Origin: an uncultured Acidobacteriota bacterium
GTDB taxonomy: Bacteria; Acidobacteriota; Terriglobia; UBA7540
Assembly (NCBI GenBank): GCA_963804995.1
Contig: CAWDSK010000006.1
Coordinates: 1,600,001 to 1,664,000 of the forward strand
Length of the DNA: 64,000 nucleotides
Direction: 5' to 3'
The notes under the pieces are model-generated. The model had not been told where the DNA came from. It saw only the letters and a list, made by a program, of their open reading frames with translations, and did no database searches. Positions 19,877 through 31,022 of this stretch are shown here, one piece after another. Position 1 is the stretch's first letter. Each line of letters starts with the position of its first letter. The translations under genes and the position numbers were made by a program.

Positions 19877-20290
19877 TCAGTACCCCTTGGCCTCTTCCTT
19901 GATCTTCTTTGCCAGCTTCTCAATCTTCTCAGCTCGGTGAATGACGTCGACGGAAAGGATATTGATGTTCGTCTTGTTGAGTTCATCGCGCAGCCCGGTG
20001 GCCATGTCGGCAAGCTCCGAGGCATCGTCTTTCGTTTTCTCGAAGTTGGTCTTCATCATGGCGGCCTTCTGCTTGGCGGTCAGCGGTGTCCCCGCGTTCT
20101 TATCCGACGGGTTGACATCCGGCGCCTGGGAACGCCCTCCGTGGCGCCCAGTTCCAGAATCCTGGGGTACTGCCAGGCCAGAGCCAAGCTGGGAGGGCCC
20201 AGCGCCGAGAGCGATCACGAGGGCCGCAACCAGCCAAGCCAGGCGGACGAGGGATCCACGGAACCAATGAAACCGATGGGTTCGAGCCAT
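19877..20290 (-). CDS. Hypothetical exported helical protein
   Basis: Signal-like N terminus, coiled-coil C terminus (AEKIEKLAKKIK). Confidence 0.7.
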   Translation of the reverse strand: MARTHRFHWFRGSLVRLAWLVAALVIALGAGPSQLGSGLAVPQDSGTGRHGGRSQAPDVNPSDKNAGTPLTAKQKAAMMKTNFEKTKDDASELADMATGLRDELNKTNINILSVDVIHRAEKIEKLAKKIKEEAKGY

Positions 20291-20607
20291 GCTGATATCC
20301 TTTACTGAGCCCCACGAAGCTCCTGCGGAGTCAAAGCTTACGCTTTTTGATTCTAACCTTGTGCCCTCTGGACTGCAATTGCCGGCCGGCCAAGGTCAGT
20401 CTGCCGAAGAGAGGCGGGGACCAGGCCCGAATCGGTCGCACGCCAGCGAGCGAGGTAAACTCGCTGCTTCGCCACAAAACTGACCTGATTTTCTCTCGAG
20501 ACTTAAACCACTACCATAGAACTGCCGTAAGGGCGGGGCTAATAAGCTTGCGGAGGAACCCGTTGGCGCTGCCATTATCAACACCACCGCTTTATGCCCT
20601 TTTCAGC

Positions 20608-20718
20608 ACCACCCCGGCGCCCGGCGCGCCACCCCTCCTGATTCAGGAGGGGTGGCGCGCCAAGCCCCCATAGCGCGTTCTTTCCAAATTGATCATCGGG
20701 GCCAGGCGCCGGGGTGGT
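20608..20718. repeat. REP-like inverted repeat (ACCACCCCGGCGCC / CCCCTCCT..AGGAGGGG)
   Basis: Nested palindromes in an intergenic space. Confidence 0.6.
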
Positions 20719-20787
20719 TATTGTGCAATCAACAACTGCTTCCCACCTATCCCGACCCTGTCAGGACTCGCAAAAGGCGTTCGTTGC

Positions 20788-21822
20788 CTACTGCCCCAGC
20801 GTGAAGTTCACACTGATTTCCGTCAGCACATCCACCGGCTCGCCATTCAGCAGCGTGGGTTGGTAGCGCCAGGTCTTGACAGCATCCGTCGCCGCCTGGA
20901 CCAGTAGCGGGTGGCCACTCATGACCTTCAGGTCCTGCACCGACCCATCTTTGCCGATGATCGCTTGCAGCACGACGATTCCTTGGATGCGCGCCATGAG
21001 AGCCAATTGGGGATAGGGCGGCTTCGGCTGAAACAGCGCCTGGGCCTGCATGACGGTGCCGCCCCGGCGGATCATCTGCTGTTTGGGAGCAACATGAGTG
21101 GGCGGTGGAGCAGGCGTCTCCCTGCCCCACGGCACGCTGCCGATGACCGCCGTCAACGTTCCGTCAGGTATTCCGCCCGAAGGTGCGCCAGGCACCCACT
21201 GTCCCGTGTCCGCACCCACTTCAGGCGGTGCCGGGTTCTCCACTATAAGCACCACATGTTCAGGCATAACGATGCGTGAGTGCAGCAAGTCCACGGTGTG
21301 ATGGGGAGTTCCCTTGATGGGTTGCGCCACGGGCGCGGCAGGCCGGCCCCGCGGAGGCGCGATGTGCCACTCGGTGATCAACATCTGCCTCGGCAATGCC
21401 TGAGTGTAGATGAGTGGCGCGAGGACCAGAACGCCCACCAGCAGCGCTTCGGCGACATAGGCGAGAGAGACCGCCGCGCGCTTCCAATCACCACTCTTCG
21501 CCGCGGCGTAAACCAGGTAGCCGAGAAAACCCAGGAGATTGAGCAGCAAGGTTGCGGTGAGCCACGGCCAGGTGGGCAAGTGCTGCTGCTTGGAATCCGC
21601 CCAAACATAGCAGAGCAGCAGCGTGTAGGCTGCGGCGACATTTCCCACCATCGCCGCCGTGATAAAAAGCGCCCGCATTTCCACCAACACCAGCACCGCC
21701 GGAAGCAGGTACAAGCCTTGAACGAAAACCAGCGTGCCAACCAGGGCCGATAGCAGGTAGTGAATGCGGCGCAAAACGGGCATCCGCCCGGGAGCAGATT
21801 CAAGTAGCGCATCCTCGAACAT
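20788..21822 (-). CDS. tonB: TonB-family energy transducer with an extended multi-TM N terminus
   Basis: C-terminal PPYPQLA..ARIQGIVVLQAIIGKDG...AVKTWRYQPTLLNGEPV; Pro-rich linker. Confidence 0.85.
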   Translation of the reverse strand: MFEDALLESAPGRMPVLRRIHYLLSALVGTLVFVQGLYLLPAVLVLVEMRALFITAAMVGNVAAAYTLLLCYVWADSKQQHLPTWPWLTATLLLNLLGFLGYLVYAAAKSGDWKRAAVSLAYVAEALLVGVLVLAPLIYTQALPRQMLITEWHIAPPRGRPAAPVAQPIKGTPHHTVDLLHSRIVMPEHVVLIVENPAPPEVGADTGQWVPGAPSGGIPDGTLTAVIGSVPWGRETPAPPPTHVAPKQQMIRRGGTVMQAQALFQPKPPYPQLALMARIQGIVVLQAIIGKDGSVQDLKVMSGHPLLVQAATDAVKTWRYQPTLLNGEPVDVLTEISVNFTLGQ

Positions 21823-21973
21823 GGCTGTGCCTCCTCGATTGACGATTCCGTCTCGTCTTCCAGGTGACAGCCGCGGAGCGCTCCATCGACTGCTTGCCTT
21901 CTCTTTCCACCCTATTCGACACCGCACCAACTCCGGAAGTTCCGCTATTTTGGGATTGGTTAACACGTGCAGA

Positions 21974-22816
21974 CTAGAAGGGTGGCCACTTCTCCGCTTC
22001 GGCGCGTGTTACGTTACGCGAGCCACCCAGGTCCGCCGCCCTGACCACACCCGATTCATCGCAGGCAAAAGTGCGGCGCGCATAGGGCACGGAGGGTAGC
22101 AGGGCCCGCACCAGGGAAATGGGAATGGGGGGTCTCCCGTAATGCACGGGAACGGCGTAGGCAAAATACTGCTTCTCATCCCGGGCGGCGTCGCCGCTCA
22201 GGACCACCTCGTAACGATAGACGGGCCGGTGGAGTCGCTCCCAGAGCATGTCATCCAATAATCCCGCCTTGTGCAGTTGCTCCAAACTGCCGTATTCGCC
22301 CAAGCCGTTCTTGTTCACATCCAGCGTGGCGTTGCTCTGAAATTGCTGCTCGGCGACGTGGATGGTCCGCAAATTCGCAAAAGCGGCGTGCTCAACCAAG
22401 GAACCTTGGAAGGGATAGTTCAGAGACGCCATATAATTCGCCACTCCGAAAAGCGCGAACAGAATGACGACACCCCCCCAAGCTAGGCGCTTTTTTCCTT
22501 GGCCACGCGCTATCGCCTGAACGCCGCGTCTTATTCCGTAACCAAGAATGATCAGGAGCGGAATCATCGCGATCTCTGTGCCACCCATAGTCAGAAGCGT
22601 GCAAAGAGCCAGCAGCAGGCCCGTCAGCAAGCGCCACTTGCGTTGCTGCTGCGTCACCTGAGCCCCGGCCAACCGGTACCCCAGTATCGCGACGGGGAAG
22701 ATCAAAATCAGTGTGAGGAGACCGTCAGGTTGTGGCGGGTTGTTGGCATAAGCCGGAATTGCGCCCGCGACCATGCACCAGAAGAGCCAGAGAAGCACCT
22801 GATATCGCGATTTCAA
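21974..22816 (-). CDS. Hypothetical membrane protein with a pilin-like C-terminal domain
   Basis: Several TM helices, then AFANLRTIHVAEQQF...GEYGSL...RRTFACDESGVVR. Confidence 0.65.
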   Translation of the reverse strand: MKSRYQVLLWLFWCMVAGAIPAYANNPPQPDGLLTLILIFPVAILGYRLAGAQVTQQQRKWRLLTGLLLALCTLLTMGGTEIAMIPLLIILGYGIRRGVQAIARGQGKKRLAWGGVVILFALFGVANYMASLNYPFQGSLVEHAAFANLRTIHVAEQQFQSNATLDVNKNGLGEYGSLEQLHKAGLLDDMLWERLHRPVYRYEVVLSGDAARDEKQYFAYAVPVHYGRPPIPISLVRALLPSVPYARRTFACDESGVVRAADLGGSRNVTRAEAEKWPPF

Positions 22817-23481
22817 GGAACACCTCCTAGGCGGCGGGCGGAAGCCGATTGCCCCTCCTGCCAGGAGAATCTCCAGTCCTGGTCAGGAAAGAAGTCGGTC
22901 TTTGAAAACGTAAAAGCGCTCGACCGGCCTGCGCCCGGGATTTCGACTACGGGGTAGTTCGAAGAGTCCAGATGATAATCTGCGGGCAACTGCAACCGGA
23001 AAGACGCGTGTGTAATCGGGCGTCCCCAGGCGCGCGTCGTAGTTAGCAGGTAACGCCCTTCGTGGCTTCGGGTGGCTTGCCAGTAATCGAGTTGAATCCA
23101 CTTGGCCGCGCGCGGGAGGAAGAGCAGGCGAACGGTTGGCGCCGCATGCGACCCGCGCAGGTCCAATTCCTTCACGACGCGCCGGGCTTCGTCCACCTCG
23201 ACAAGCGTAAAGGTTTCCGGCACGGGATGATCCTGGTCCACAGGAAAGGGAGTGGCCAAGGTCAGCAAGGCCGGCAAGTGAGAAGCGTTCTGGTAATGGT
23301 AAAGACCCTGGACGTGAATCAACCCCTCCGCCACTTCAACGTCAATGCTTTCGCGGTCGAATCGGACTGTCGTGAATCGGCCGCTTAGGAAATAGAAGGC
23401 CAATGCCGAGAGCAGGCAGGCGCCTGCCACATCACTCCAGCCCGCCCAAAGAATCTTACCGGCCTTTAGCCATCGCCTCAT
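22813..23481 (-). CDS. Hypothetical membrane-anchored protein (DUF4424-like)
   Basis: N-terminal TM; RYLLTTTRAWGRPI; 4-bp overlap with the next gene. Confidence 0.6.
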   Translation of the reverse strand: MRRWLKAGKILWAGWSDVAGACLLSALAFYFLSGRFTTVRFDRESIDVEVAEGLIHVQGLYHYQNASHLPALLTLATPFPVDQDHPVPETFTLVEVDEARRVVKELDLRGSHAAPTVRLLFLPRAAKWIQLDYWQATRSHEGRYLLTTTRAWGRPITHASFRLQLPADYHLDSSNYPVVEIPGAGRSSAFTFSKTDFFPDQDWRFSWQEGQSASARRLGGVP

Positions 23482-23653
23482 CTAACGGTCCACCCGGGCA
23501 GGATTGTAAACCAGGAATGGAGTTCCTGCTCCTTTTCGAGACGCACTTCTCCAGGCGACCTTTTAGTCTCGGGGGCCGCTGGCGGTCCAGGCTGCGGCAG
23601 AGGCGCGCGGACAACGCTCAACAACACCATTCTGGCAATTGGCAGAAGAGATC

Positions 23654-24187
23654 TTAGGCGGCTTGGGGTTGCGCACTTGCGAACGGGGACAGATCGAGCT
23701 TCATCTCAACTTCATCTCCGCAACTGCTGAGAGTGCAGAAGCCTAATTTGCGGAACAATCGCAGAGCGCGGAAGTTGGAGAGTTCAGTGGTAAGGTAGGC
23801 TTGGGAGTAACCCATGCACAGCGCCCAACTGAGCGTCAGGCGGCTAAGCGCAGTGCCCAATCCTTCCTCGCGATAATCTTGATGCACGAAAATGGTGAAT
23901 TCCACCGAACCCGCCGGCATCGGGCAGAGGATCGTATGGCCAACGACCCGATCGCCGTCCACGGCCAGCAACGCTTGCGACTTTTGTTGCAATTGGTCGA
24001 GCCAGTGGGCGATACGAGGAACGTCAGGAGGTGGCAGGCCCTGGGCTACCCTTTTGGGCTCGAAGACCTTATACATTTGAACGAGGGCGCCAAAGTCCCC
24101 GGGTCCATAGGCGCGGACTTCGAGTTTTCGACCCTTGCGGGTTTCGATCACTGACGAATTGAACTCAACTTCCGAAACGTCCGTCAT
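23654..24187 (-). CDS. GNAT family N-acetyltransferase
   Basis: VHQDYREEGLGT, NFRALRLFRKLGF; RBS GAGGAGG. Confidence 0.85.
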   Translation of the reverse strand: MTDVSEVEFNSSVIETRKGRKLEVRAYGPGDFGALVQMYKVFEPKRVAQGLPPPDVPRIAHWLDQLQQKSQALLAVDGDRVVGHTILCPMPAGSVEFTIFVHQDYREEGLGTALSRLTLSWALCMGYSQAYLTTELSNFRALRLFRKLGFCTLSSCGDEVEMKLDLSPFASAQPQAA

Positions 24188-24583
24188 CACCCTCCTCAGA
24201 GCAAACGGAGTACCAGTCTTCCCTTCCCCACAGACCGACCCATCCGGCGACCAACTCCAAGACACCCTGTCACGGAACGACGGCCACAAAGGTCCTCCCG
24301 GGTTGAACCACCGGTAAACCGGAGGGTGCAATCGTTTCGGCGCCTAGGCCATATGTCGTATTGCCGTTCGAGCGATGATGTGTGGCAGACTGCTACGCGC
24401 GGTGTCGCAAACCTCAACAACACTTCTACTGATCCCCTGAAACGCCCTTTTGGTCACTGCCGCCTCGTGGCGCTTCCCCCCCCCACGGTTGAGTCAAAAT
24501 CCACACACGGGTTCGGGTCAAACCCGGCGGATTGCTGCGCGACCTCCCCCCTGAGTTCATGAAGCCACACACCTTGAGACCCA

Positions 24584-26707
24584 ATGCACAAGGGTGCTAA
24601 GCTCAATCGGATGGCTGGCCCTGCCCCTCTCGAACCCACGAACCTCGCGGCAGTCGAGCGTTACCGCGCCCTGCTTGAGATTTCTGAATCCATTGCTTCG
24701 CATCGCGACCTGGCGGAGCTTTTCCGTTCGCTTGCAGCATTGCTGCATCGCCTGGTGACGTTCGATTTCATCTGCCTCACGCTTCCTGACTTGGCGCGCG
24801 GCATCGTGCGGCTGCACGTTCTGGAGAGTTCACTGCCGACCCGTATCCAGCCCGGACTGGAAATCCCCATGGCGGAAAACGTGCGCCAGTTGGTTTGGGA
24901 GAACCAGCAGCCGTTGGTCATTTCCCATCTCGAGCGCGACGCGCGTTTTCCGATTGTTAGCGACCTGCTGCGCCAGGATGGTGTGCAGTCACTCTGCGTG
25001 CTGCCGCTTACCACAGCCCAACGACGAGTAGGCGCCATGGCCCTTGGTTCAGTCGAAGCGAGCGCTTACGACGCCGCCGATCTCGAATTCCTCCAGCAGG
25101 TGGCGGCGCAAGTGGCCGTGGCCGTCGACAATGCCCTGAACTTCCAGAACGCCCAGATCTACCAACAGGAACTCGCCCGTGAGCGCGATCGCCTGCGCTT
25201 GCTGCTGGAAGTAAACAATGCCCTCGTTTCCACGCTCGATCTTCGTCAGTTGCTTGCCGCCATTTCTGCCTGTTTGCGGCGCGTGATGAATCACGACTAC
25301 GCCAGCCTGGCGCTTTATGAACCCACCGCCCAGCAACTCCGCCTGCAAGCGCTAGATTTCCCGCGGGGCAAGGGGCTGCTCCAGGAAGAAATGGTGATCC
25401 CCCTTGAGGGCACGCCTTCCGGTGAGGTCATCGCCACGCGCAAACCCGTGATCATTTCCGGCGCCAACCTCAATCACTTCGAGCCGGGCATCAGCCGCCT
25501 CTTCATCGCGGAAGGTCTCCACTCCGGTTGCCTGGTGCCGCTGATCACCGCCAACCGCATCCTCGGCACGCTCAGCCTCGCCAGCCTCCGCCCCAGCGCT
25601 TTCACCCAAGAGGACGTTGATTTGCTGATGCGAGTGGCGACCCAGGTGGCCATCGCGATTGAAAACGCCCTTGCCTATCGCGAGATTGCCGAGCTTAAAA
25701 ACAAGCTTGCCGACGAAAAACTCTACCTGGAAGAGGAAATCCGCACCGAATACACCTTCGAAGAAATTGTGGGCGAAAGTCCCGCCCTGAAGCGCGTGTT
25801 GAGCCAGGTGGAAACCGTGGCCGCGACGGATTCCAGCGTGCTCATTCTCGGCGAGACCGGCACCGGCAAAGAAGTGATTGCACGCGCCATCCACAATTTA
25901 AGCTTGCGGGCCGAGCGCACGTTTGTAAAAGTCAATTGCGCCGCCATCCCCACGGGTTTGCTGGAAAGTGAGCTCTTTGGCCACGAGAAGGGTGCCTTTA
26001 CCGGGGCCATCGCGCAGAAGGTTGGGCGCTTCGAGCTCGCGCATCATGGCACGCTCTTCCTCGACGAGGTCGGCGACATTCCGCTGGAGCTTCAGCCCAA
26101 ACTGTTGCGCGTCCTTCAGGAAAAGGAATTTGAGCGCCTCGGCGGTACCCGCACGCTGCACGTCGATGTGCGGGTGGTTGCCGCCACCAACCGCGACTTG
26201 ACCCAGATGGTGGAAGACCGCCTCTTCCGCAGCGACCTTTACTATCGCTTGAATGTATTCCCCATCGTTGTGCCTCCTTTGCGCGAGCGCGCCGAAGACA
26301 TTCCGAGGCTGGTCCGCTATTTCACGCAGAAGTACGCCCGGCGCATGGATCGCCGCATCGAGACCATTCCGGCGGAAGAGATGGAAGCGCTTACCCGCTA
26401 TCATTGGCCCGGCAACGTACGCGAACTCGAGAACCTCATTGAACGCGCCGTCATCCTGTCGCGCGGCCCCGCCTTGCACGTGCCCTTGCCGGAGGACCGC
26501 CTTTCGGGCGACGCGCCTTCCCTTTCTCCCGTGACCCTGGCCGCCGCGGAACGCGATCACATCCTGCGCGCTTTGGAAGAAACGGATTGGGTCATCGCCG
26601 GACCGCACGGCGCCGCGGCACGCCTGGGAATGAAACGCACGACCCTCCAGTCGCGCATGGCAAAGCTGGGTATATCCCGTCCTGGCCGCTCCCGCAACGG
26701 GCACTGA
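24584..26707 (+). CDS. FhlA-like sigma54-dependent activator (2 GAF + AAA+ + Fis HTH)
   Basis: [52 protein letters not shown]. Confidence 0.92.
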   Translation: MHKGAKLNRMAGPAPLEPTNLAAVERYRALLEISESIASHRDLAELFRSLAALLHRLVTFDFICLTLPDLARGIVRLHVLESSLPTRIQPGLEIPMAENVRQLVWENQQPLVISHLERDARFPIVSDLLRQDGVQSLCVLPLTTAQRRVGAMALGSVEASAYDAADLEFLQQVAAQVAVAVDNALNFQNAQIYQQELARERDRLRLLLEVNNALVSTLDLRQLLAAISACLRRVMNHDYASLALYEPTAQQLRLQALDFPRGKGLLQEEMVIPLEGTPSGEVIATRKPVIISGANLNHFEPGISRLFIAEGLHSGCLVPLITANRILGTLSLASLRPSAFTQEDVDLLMRVATQVAIAIENALAYREIAELKNKLADEKLYLEEEIRTEYTFEEIVGESPALKRVLSQVETVAATDSSVLILGETGTGKEVIARAIHNLSLRAERTFVKVNCAAIPTGLLESELFGHEKGAFTGAIAQKVGRFELAHHGTLFLDEVGDIPLELQPKLLRVLQEKEFERLGGTRTLHVDVRVVAATNRDLTQMVEDRLFRSDLYYRLNVFPIVVPPLRERAEDIPRLVRYFTQKYARRMDRRIETIPAEEMEALTRYHWPGNVRELENLIERAVILSRGPALHVPLPEDRLSGDAPSLSPVTLAAAERDHILRALEETDWVIAGPHGAAARLGMKRTTLQSRMAKLGISRPGRSRNGH

Positions 26708-26821
26708 AGGTCTCACGGCAGGACGACATTCCATAGGGCGGTGCGCTGCAACTTGACCGCGTTCGGGTCATTCGCCATAATGCCATCCTCTTCTATAAGC
26801 CACGTCGGTGGGGGGCCAAGC

Positions 26822-29236
26822 ATGCGTGACATCCGCAAAGTGGCCGTGCTGGGCGCGGGGACGATGGGGGCTCGTATTGCGGCCCATTTGGCCAATGCCT
26901 CCGTTCCGTGCCTGCTGCTCGACATAGTTCCTAAAGAGTTAACACGGCAGGAACAAGCCAAGGGGCTGACGCTGGCCGCCCCCCAAGTGCGGAATCGCTT
27001 CGCGCAGGGGGGCCTGGATGCAGCGCTGAAATCACGACCCGCGGCCTTCTTCGTTCCGGAAGCGGCTCGGATGATCACGGTCGGGAATTTGGAAGACCAT
27101 CTCAGCGAGCTTGAAGATTGCGATTGGATCATCGAGGCGGTAACGGAAGATCGCGTCTTGAAGCGGGCATTGCTGGAAAGGGTCCAGGCGGTTCGTGCTA
27201 TCCATGCGATCGTAAGCTCAAACACTTCCGGCATTGCCATTTCATCCTTGGGGGAGGGTTTCAGCCTGGACTTCCGGCAGCACTTCCTGGGCACACACCT
27301 TTTCAATCCCCCGCGCTACCTGCGACTGCTGGAGATCACCCCTACTCCCGAAACACTCCCGGAAGTCGTCCGGGCGATCTCGCGTTTTGGCGATGTTGTG
27401 CTCGGTAAAGGCGTGGTGGTCGCCAAGGACACCCCGAATTTCATTGCCAATCGCATTGGAACTTTCACGACACTGAATGTTCTCCGCCTCATGCAGAAGG
27501 ACGGTTATACGATCGAGGAGATTGACCTGCTGACGGGTCCCGCGCTGGGCATGCCCAAGTCCGCCACCTTCCGCACCCTCGACATCGTCGGTCTGGATGT
27601 GCTGGCCCATGTAGTAAAGAACCTGCGCGAGTCGTTGCCGCAGGATGAGCGGCGTGACCTTTTCGAAATCCCGGACTTTGTGGAGCAAATGCTCCAGCGT
27701 AACCTGCTGGGCGATAAGACCGCGCAGGGGTTTTACAAGAAGGTCAAGGGTCAGGACGAAGAATCGAGTGAGATCCTGACGCTCAACCTCCGCACCTTCG
27801 AATACCGGGCGAGAAAACATCCGGGTTTCCCAACCCTGGAGCTGGCACGCAACGTCGAGGACTTGCGTGAGCGCCTGAAGATCCTTTTCCAAGCGACGGA
27901 TCGATCCGGCCAGTTCTATCGCACCATCCTTTCCGACACTTTTCACTATGCGGCCATGCGAGTGCCGGAAATCTCCGATGACATCAACTCCATCGATAAT
28001 GCGATGAAGTGGGGGTTCAATTGGGATTGCGGCATTTTTGAGATGTGGGATGCGATAGGTGTCGGACGCATTGTGGAAGATTGGGTCAAGGAAAAACGTA
28101 CTCTGCCGCCGTTGGTGGAGAGCCTTCAGTCGGCGGGAGGCAAATCCTTCTACACGGAGACCCAGGGAGTCACCCGGTACTTTGATCTAGCTTCGGCAAG
28201 CTATCACACGCTCGAGGATACGCCTGGAATCATCCTGCTTCCCGCGCTCAAGGCCCGCCAGAAGGAAATTAGAAAGAACGCTGGGGCAAGCCTGATCGAC
28301 CTGGGCGACGGCGTGTTGTGCCTGGAGTTCCATTCAAAGATGAACACGGTCGGCGCAGACACTGTGCAAATGGTGCATGCCGGGCTGAAAGCCCTCAACG
28401 AGGGATTTGAAGCCATGATCATTGGCAACCAGGCGCCAAACTTTTGCGTGGGCGCGAATCTGATGCTCGTCCTGATGGCCATTCAAGAAGGTGAGTGGGA
28501 AGAGATTCACCAGGCCGTCCGCGCCTTTCAGAATGCCAACCTGGCTTTGAAGTACGCCGCCAAACCCGTGGTGGCAGCGCCTTTTGGCATGACGCTGGGT
28601 GGAGGAACAGAAATGTGCCTGCACGCCGCGCGAGTGCGCGCGGCGGCGGAGACTTACATGGGCTTGGTCGAAGCCGGCGTAGGACTGATTCCTGCCGGCG
28701 GCGGTACCAAGGAGATGCTTTTGCGGGCCCTCGACGCGGTGCCACCTGATCCTGAAGCAGACCCCTTCACCTATGTGAAGGAGGTATTCCTAAACATTGG
28801 CATGGCCAAGGTTTCCACCAGCGCGGCGGAGGCACGCCGGCTGCGGTACCTCTCACCGCAGGATTCGATCAGCATGAACCACGACCGGCAGATCGCGGAC
28901 GCAAAGCAACTGGCGCTCGACCTGGTTCGACTTGGATATCGCCCCGGGAAACCGAGGGGTGATATTCGCGCCCTAGGCCAACCCGCTTTCACGAAGATGA
29001 AGTTGGGCCTTCACCTGATGCGCCGTGCTGAATACATATCGGACTACGATGTAGTCGTGGCGACCGCGCTCGCCAAGGTGCTCTCCGGCGGCGGTGAATT
29101 CACGTCACCGCAATCGGTCTCAGAACAATACCTGCTGGACCTGGAACGTGAAGCCTTTGTCAGCCTTTGCGGGCAGAAGAAGACTGTCGAGCGCATCCAG
29201 CACACGCTTAAAAAGGGTAAACCGCTGAGGAATTAA
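26822..29236 (+). CDS. fadN: 3-hydroxyacyl-CoA dehydrogenase/enoyl-CoA hydratase (FadN type)
   Basis: GAGTMG, SSNTSG, HLFNPPRYL, GLVEAGVGLIPAGGG, KGKPLRN. Confidence 0.9.
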   Translation: MRDIRKVAVLGAGTMGARIAAHLANASVPCLLLDIVPKELTRQEQAKGLTLAAPQVRNRFAQGGLDAALKSRPAAFFVPEAARMITVGNLEDHLSELEDCDWIIEAVTEDRVLKRALLERVQAVRAIHAIVSSNTSGIAISSLGEGFSLDFRQHFLGTHLFNPPRYLRLLEITPTPETLPEVVRAISRFGDVVLGKGVVVAKDTPNFIANRIGTFTTLNVLRLMQKDGYTIEEIDLLTGPALGMPKSATFRTLDIVGLDVLAHVVKNLRESLPQDERRDLFEIPDFVEQMLQRNLLGDKTAQGFYKKVKGQDEESSEILTLNLRTFEYRARKHPGFPTLELARNVEDLRERLKILFQATDRSGQFYRTILSDTFHYAAMRVPEISDDINSIDNAMKWGFNWDCGIFEMWDAIGVGRIVEDWVKEKRTLPPLVESLQSAGGKSFYTETQGVTRYFDLASASYHTLEDTPGIILLPALKARQKEIRKNAGASLIDLGDGVLCLEFHSKMNTVGADTVQMVHAGLKALNEGFEAMIIGNQAPNFCVGANLMLVLMAIQEGEWEEIHQAVRAFQNANLALKYAAKPVVAAPFGMTLGGGTEMCLHAARVRAAAETYMGLVEAGVGLIPAGGGTKEMLLRALDAVPPDPEADPFTYVKEVFLNIGMAKVSTSAAEARRLRYLSPQDSISMNHDRQIADAKQLALDLVRLGYRPGKPRGDIRALGQPAFTKMKLGLHLMRRAEYISDYDVVVATALAKVLSGGGEFTSPQSVSEQYLLDLEREAFVSLCGQKKTVERIQHTLKKGKPLRN

Positions 29237-29338
29237 GCCGCCCCCAGGACCCAAGGGTGCATGCCTTGGGTCGGCGTCGAGGGAAAGTACCATCGCATCA
29301 TATCTATAGGGGTTGTGGGAGCAAGGCAGGAGGAAGGT

Positions 29339-30580
29339 ATGAAAGAAGCAGTAATCGTTTCCATTGCGCGCACGGCGGTGGGCAAAGCGCCGCGCGGCAC
29401 GTTGCGTTCCACCCGGCCGGATGACATGGCGGCGGTGGTGATCCAGGAGGCCCTGCGGCGCGCGGCGGGGCTCGACGTGGCCGAAGTGGAGGACGTGATC
29501 CTGGGGTGCGCCATGCCGGAGGCCGAGCAAGGAAGTAACGTAGCCCGGGTGGCAATGCTGCGCGCCGGCCTTCCCGTAACGTGCTCAGCCATGACCATCA
29601 ACCGTTTTTGCTCGTCAGGACTGCAGGCCATTGCAATCGCGTCCGAGCGGATCCTGGCGGGTTTCGCAGAGGTCGTGGTGGCGGGCGGCACAGAGACGAT
29701 GAGTATGATCCCCAGAGGTGGATACCATTTCTCTCCGAACCCTTACCTGATGGAGCATTATCCGGACGCCTATCTGAGCATGGGGCTTACCGCTGAGAAC
29801 CTGGCAGTGAAGTATCACATCACGAGGGAAGAACAGGACCGGTTTGCATTGCGCAGCAACCAACGGGCGATTGCGGCCATCGAGCAAGGCAAATTCAAGG
29901 AAGAGATCGCGCCCCTAGAAGTCGTGGAGGTGAGTCTCAACGGGGGGAACAAGCCGCAGACGCGGAAGCTGATTTTCGATACGGACGAAGGGCCGCGGCG
30001 CGACACCTCCCGGGAGGCGCTCGAGAAACTCAAACCAGCGTTCCACGCGCACGGGACCGTGACGGCAGGGAACGCGTCGCAGATGAGCGACGGTGCGGCT
30101 GCCGCGGTGGTGATGTCAAGCGAGAAGGCGCAGGCTCTGGGCCTGAGGCCGCTTGCACGCTTCGTGAGTTATGCCACGGCTGGATGTCCTCCGGAGGAAA
30201 TGGGCTTAGGCCCGGTTTACGCCATCCCCAAAGCCTTGAAGCTTGCTGGACTGACCTTGGCGGAGATGGAAGTCATCGAACTGAACGAGGCCTTCGCGGC
30301 GCAAGCACTTTCGGTCATCAAGCTGGCAGACCTCGATTTGAAAAAGACTAACGTGAACGGCGGAGCGATTGCGCTGGGGCATCCGCTGGGGTGCACGGGC
30401 GCGAAGTTGACAGCGAGCTTGTTAGCCGAACTGGCACGCCGGAAAGCGCGCTACGGCATGGTAACCATGTGCGTGGGCGGGGGTATGGGCGCGGCGGGGA
30501 TTTTTGAGAACTTGCAGGAGCCCGGTAACGGAGCTGAGCTTAGCGCCCCCAGGCGCGGAGGAGTCTCGTGGAGAGAGTAA
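29339..30580 (+). CDS. fadA: Acetyl-CoA C-acyltransferase (thiolase)
   Basis: [27 protein letters not shown]. Confidence 0.92.
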   Translation: MKEAVIVSIARTAVGKAPRGTLRSTRPDDMAAVVIQEALRRAAGLDVAEVEDVILGCAMPEAEQGSNVARVAMLRAGLPVTCSAMTINRFCSSGLQAIAIASERILAGFAEVVVAGGTETMSMIPRGGYHFSPNPYLMEHYPDAYLSMGLTAENLAVKYHITREEQDRFALRSNQRAIAAIEQGKFKEEIAPLEVVEVSLNGGNKPQTRKLIFDTDEGPRRDTSREALEKLKPAFHAHGTVTAGNASQMSDGAAAAVVMSSEKAQALGLRPLARFVSYATAGCPPEEMGLGPVYAIPKALKLAGLTLAEMEVIELNEAFAAQALSVIKLADLDLKKTNVNGGAIALGHPLGCTGAKLTASLLAELARRKARYGMVTMCVGGGMGAAGIFENLQEPGNGAELSAPRRGGVSWRE

Positions 30581-30954
30581 CGGGATTCGGCGGATTGTTT
30601 TTCAAGGCGGAGGATCCAGAGGCATTGTACGCGTGGTACGAAAAACATCTTGGCCTGAAGCGGGGCCCGGAGGGTGGGGTCACTATCAGATGGCATCCAC
30701 CCGGTGAAGAAGGTAAAGAGGGCGTGACGGTGTGGGGAATCTTTCCGAAGACCACGTCTTACTTCAACCCCAGCCGGGCGAGTTTCATGATGAACTTCCG
30801 CGTGGCGGACCTGGACACACTCCTCGAAGTCCTCAAAGAAGAAGGCGTGGAGATTGACCCACGCCGCGAAGATTACGACTACGGACGCTTTGCCTGGATC
30901 ATGGACCCCGAGGGGAACCGAATCGAGTTCTGGGAACCGCGCGCGGGAATTTGA
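30568..30954 (+). CDS. VOC/glyoxalase family protein
   Basis: [36 protein letters not shown]. Confidence 0.9.
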   Translation: MERVTGFGGLFFKAEDPEALYAWYEKHLGLKRGPEGGVTIRWHPPGEEGKEGVTVWGIFPKTTSYFNPSRASFMMNFRVADLDTLLEVLKEEGVEIDPRREDYDYGRFAWIMDPEGNRIEFWEPRAGI

Positions 30955-31022
30955 GGGCTGCACTTGCGAGCTGTTCAGCCGACGGGTGGAAAAAGGCGGA
31001 GCCGGAAAACGCCGGGGAAACA

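Noticed and set aside
24190..24580. Sigma54 promoter next to the FhlA-like gene
   Set aside because: No GG-N10-GC element with correct spacing was found by eye
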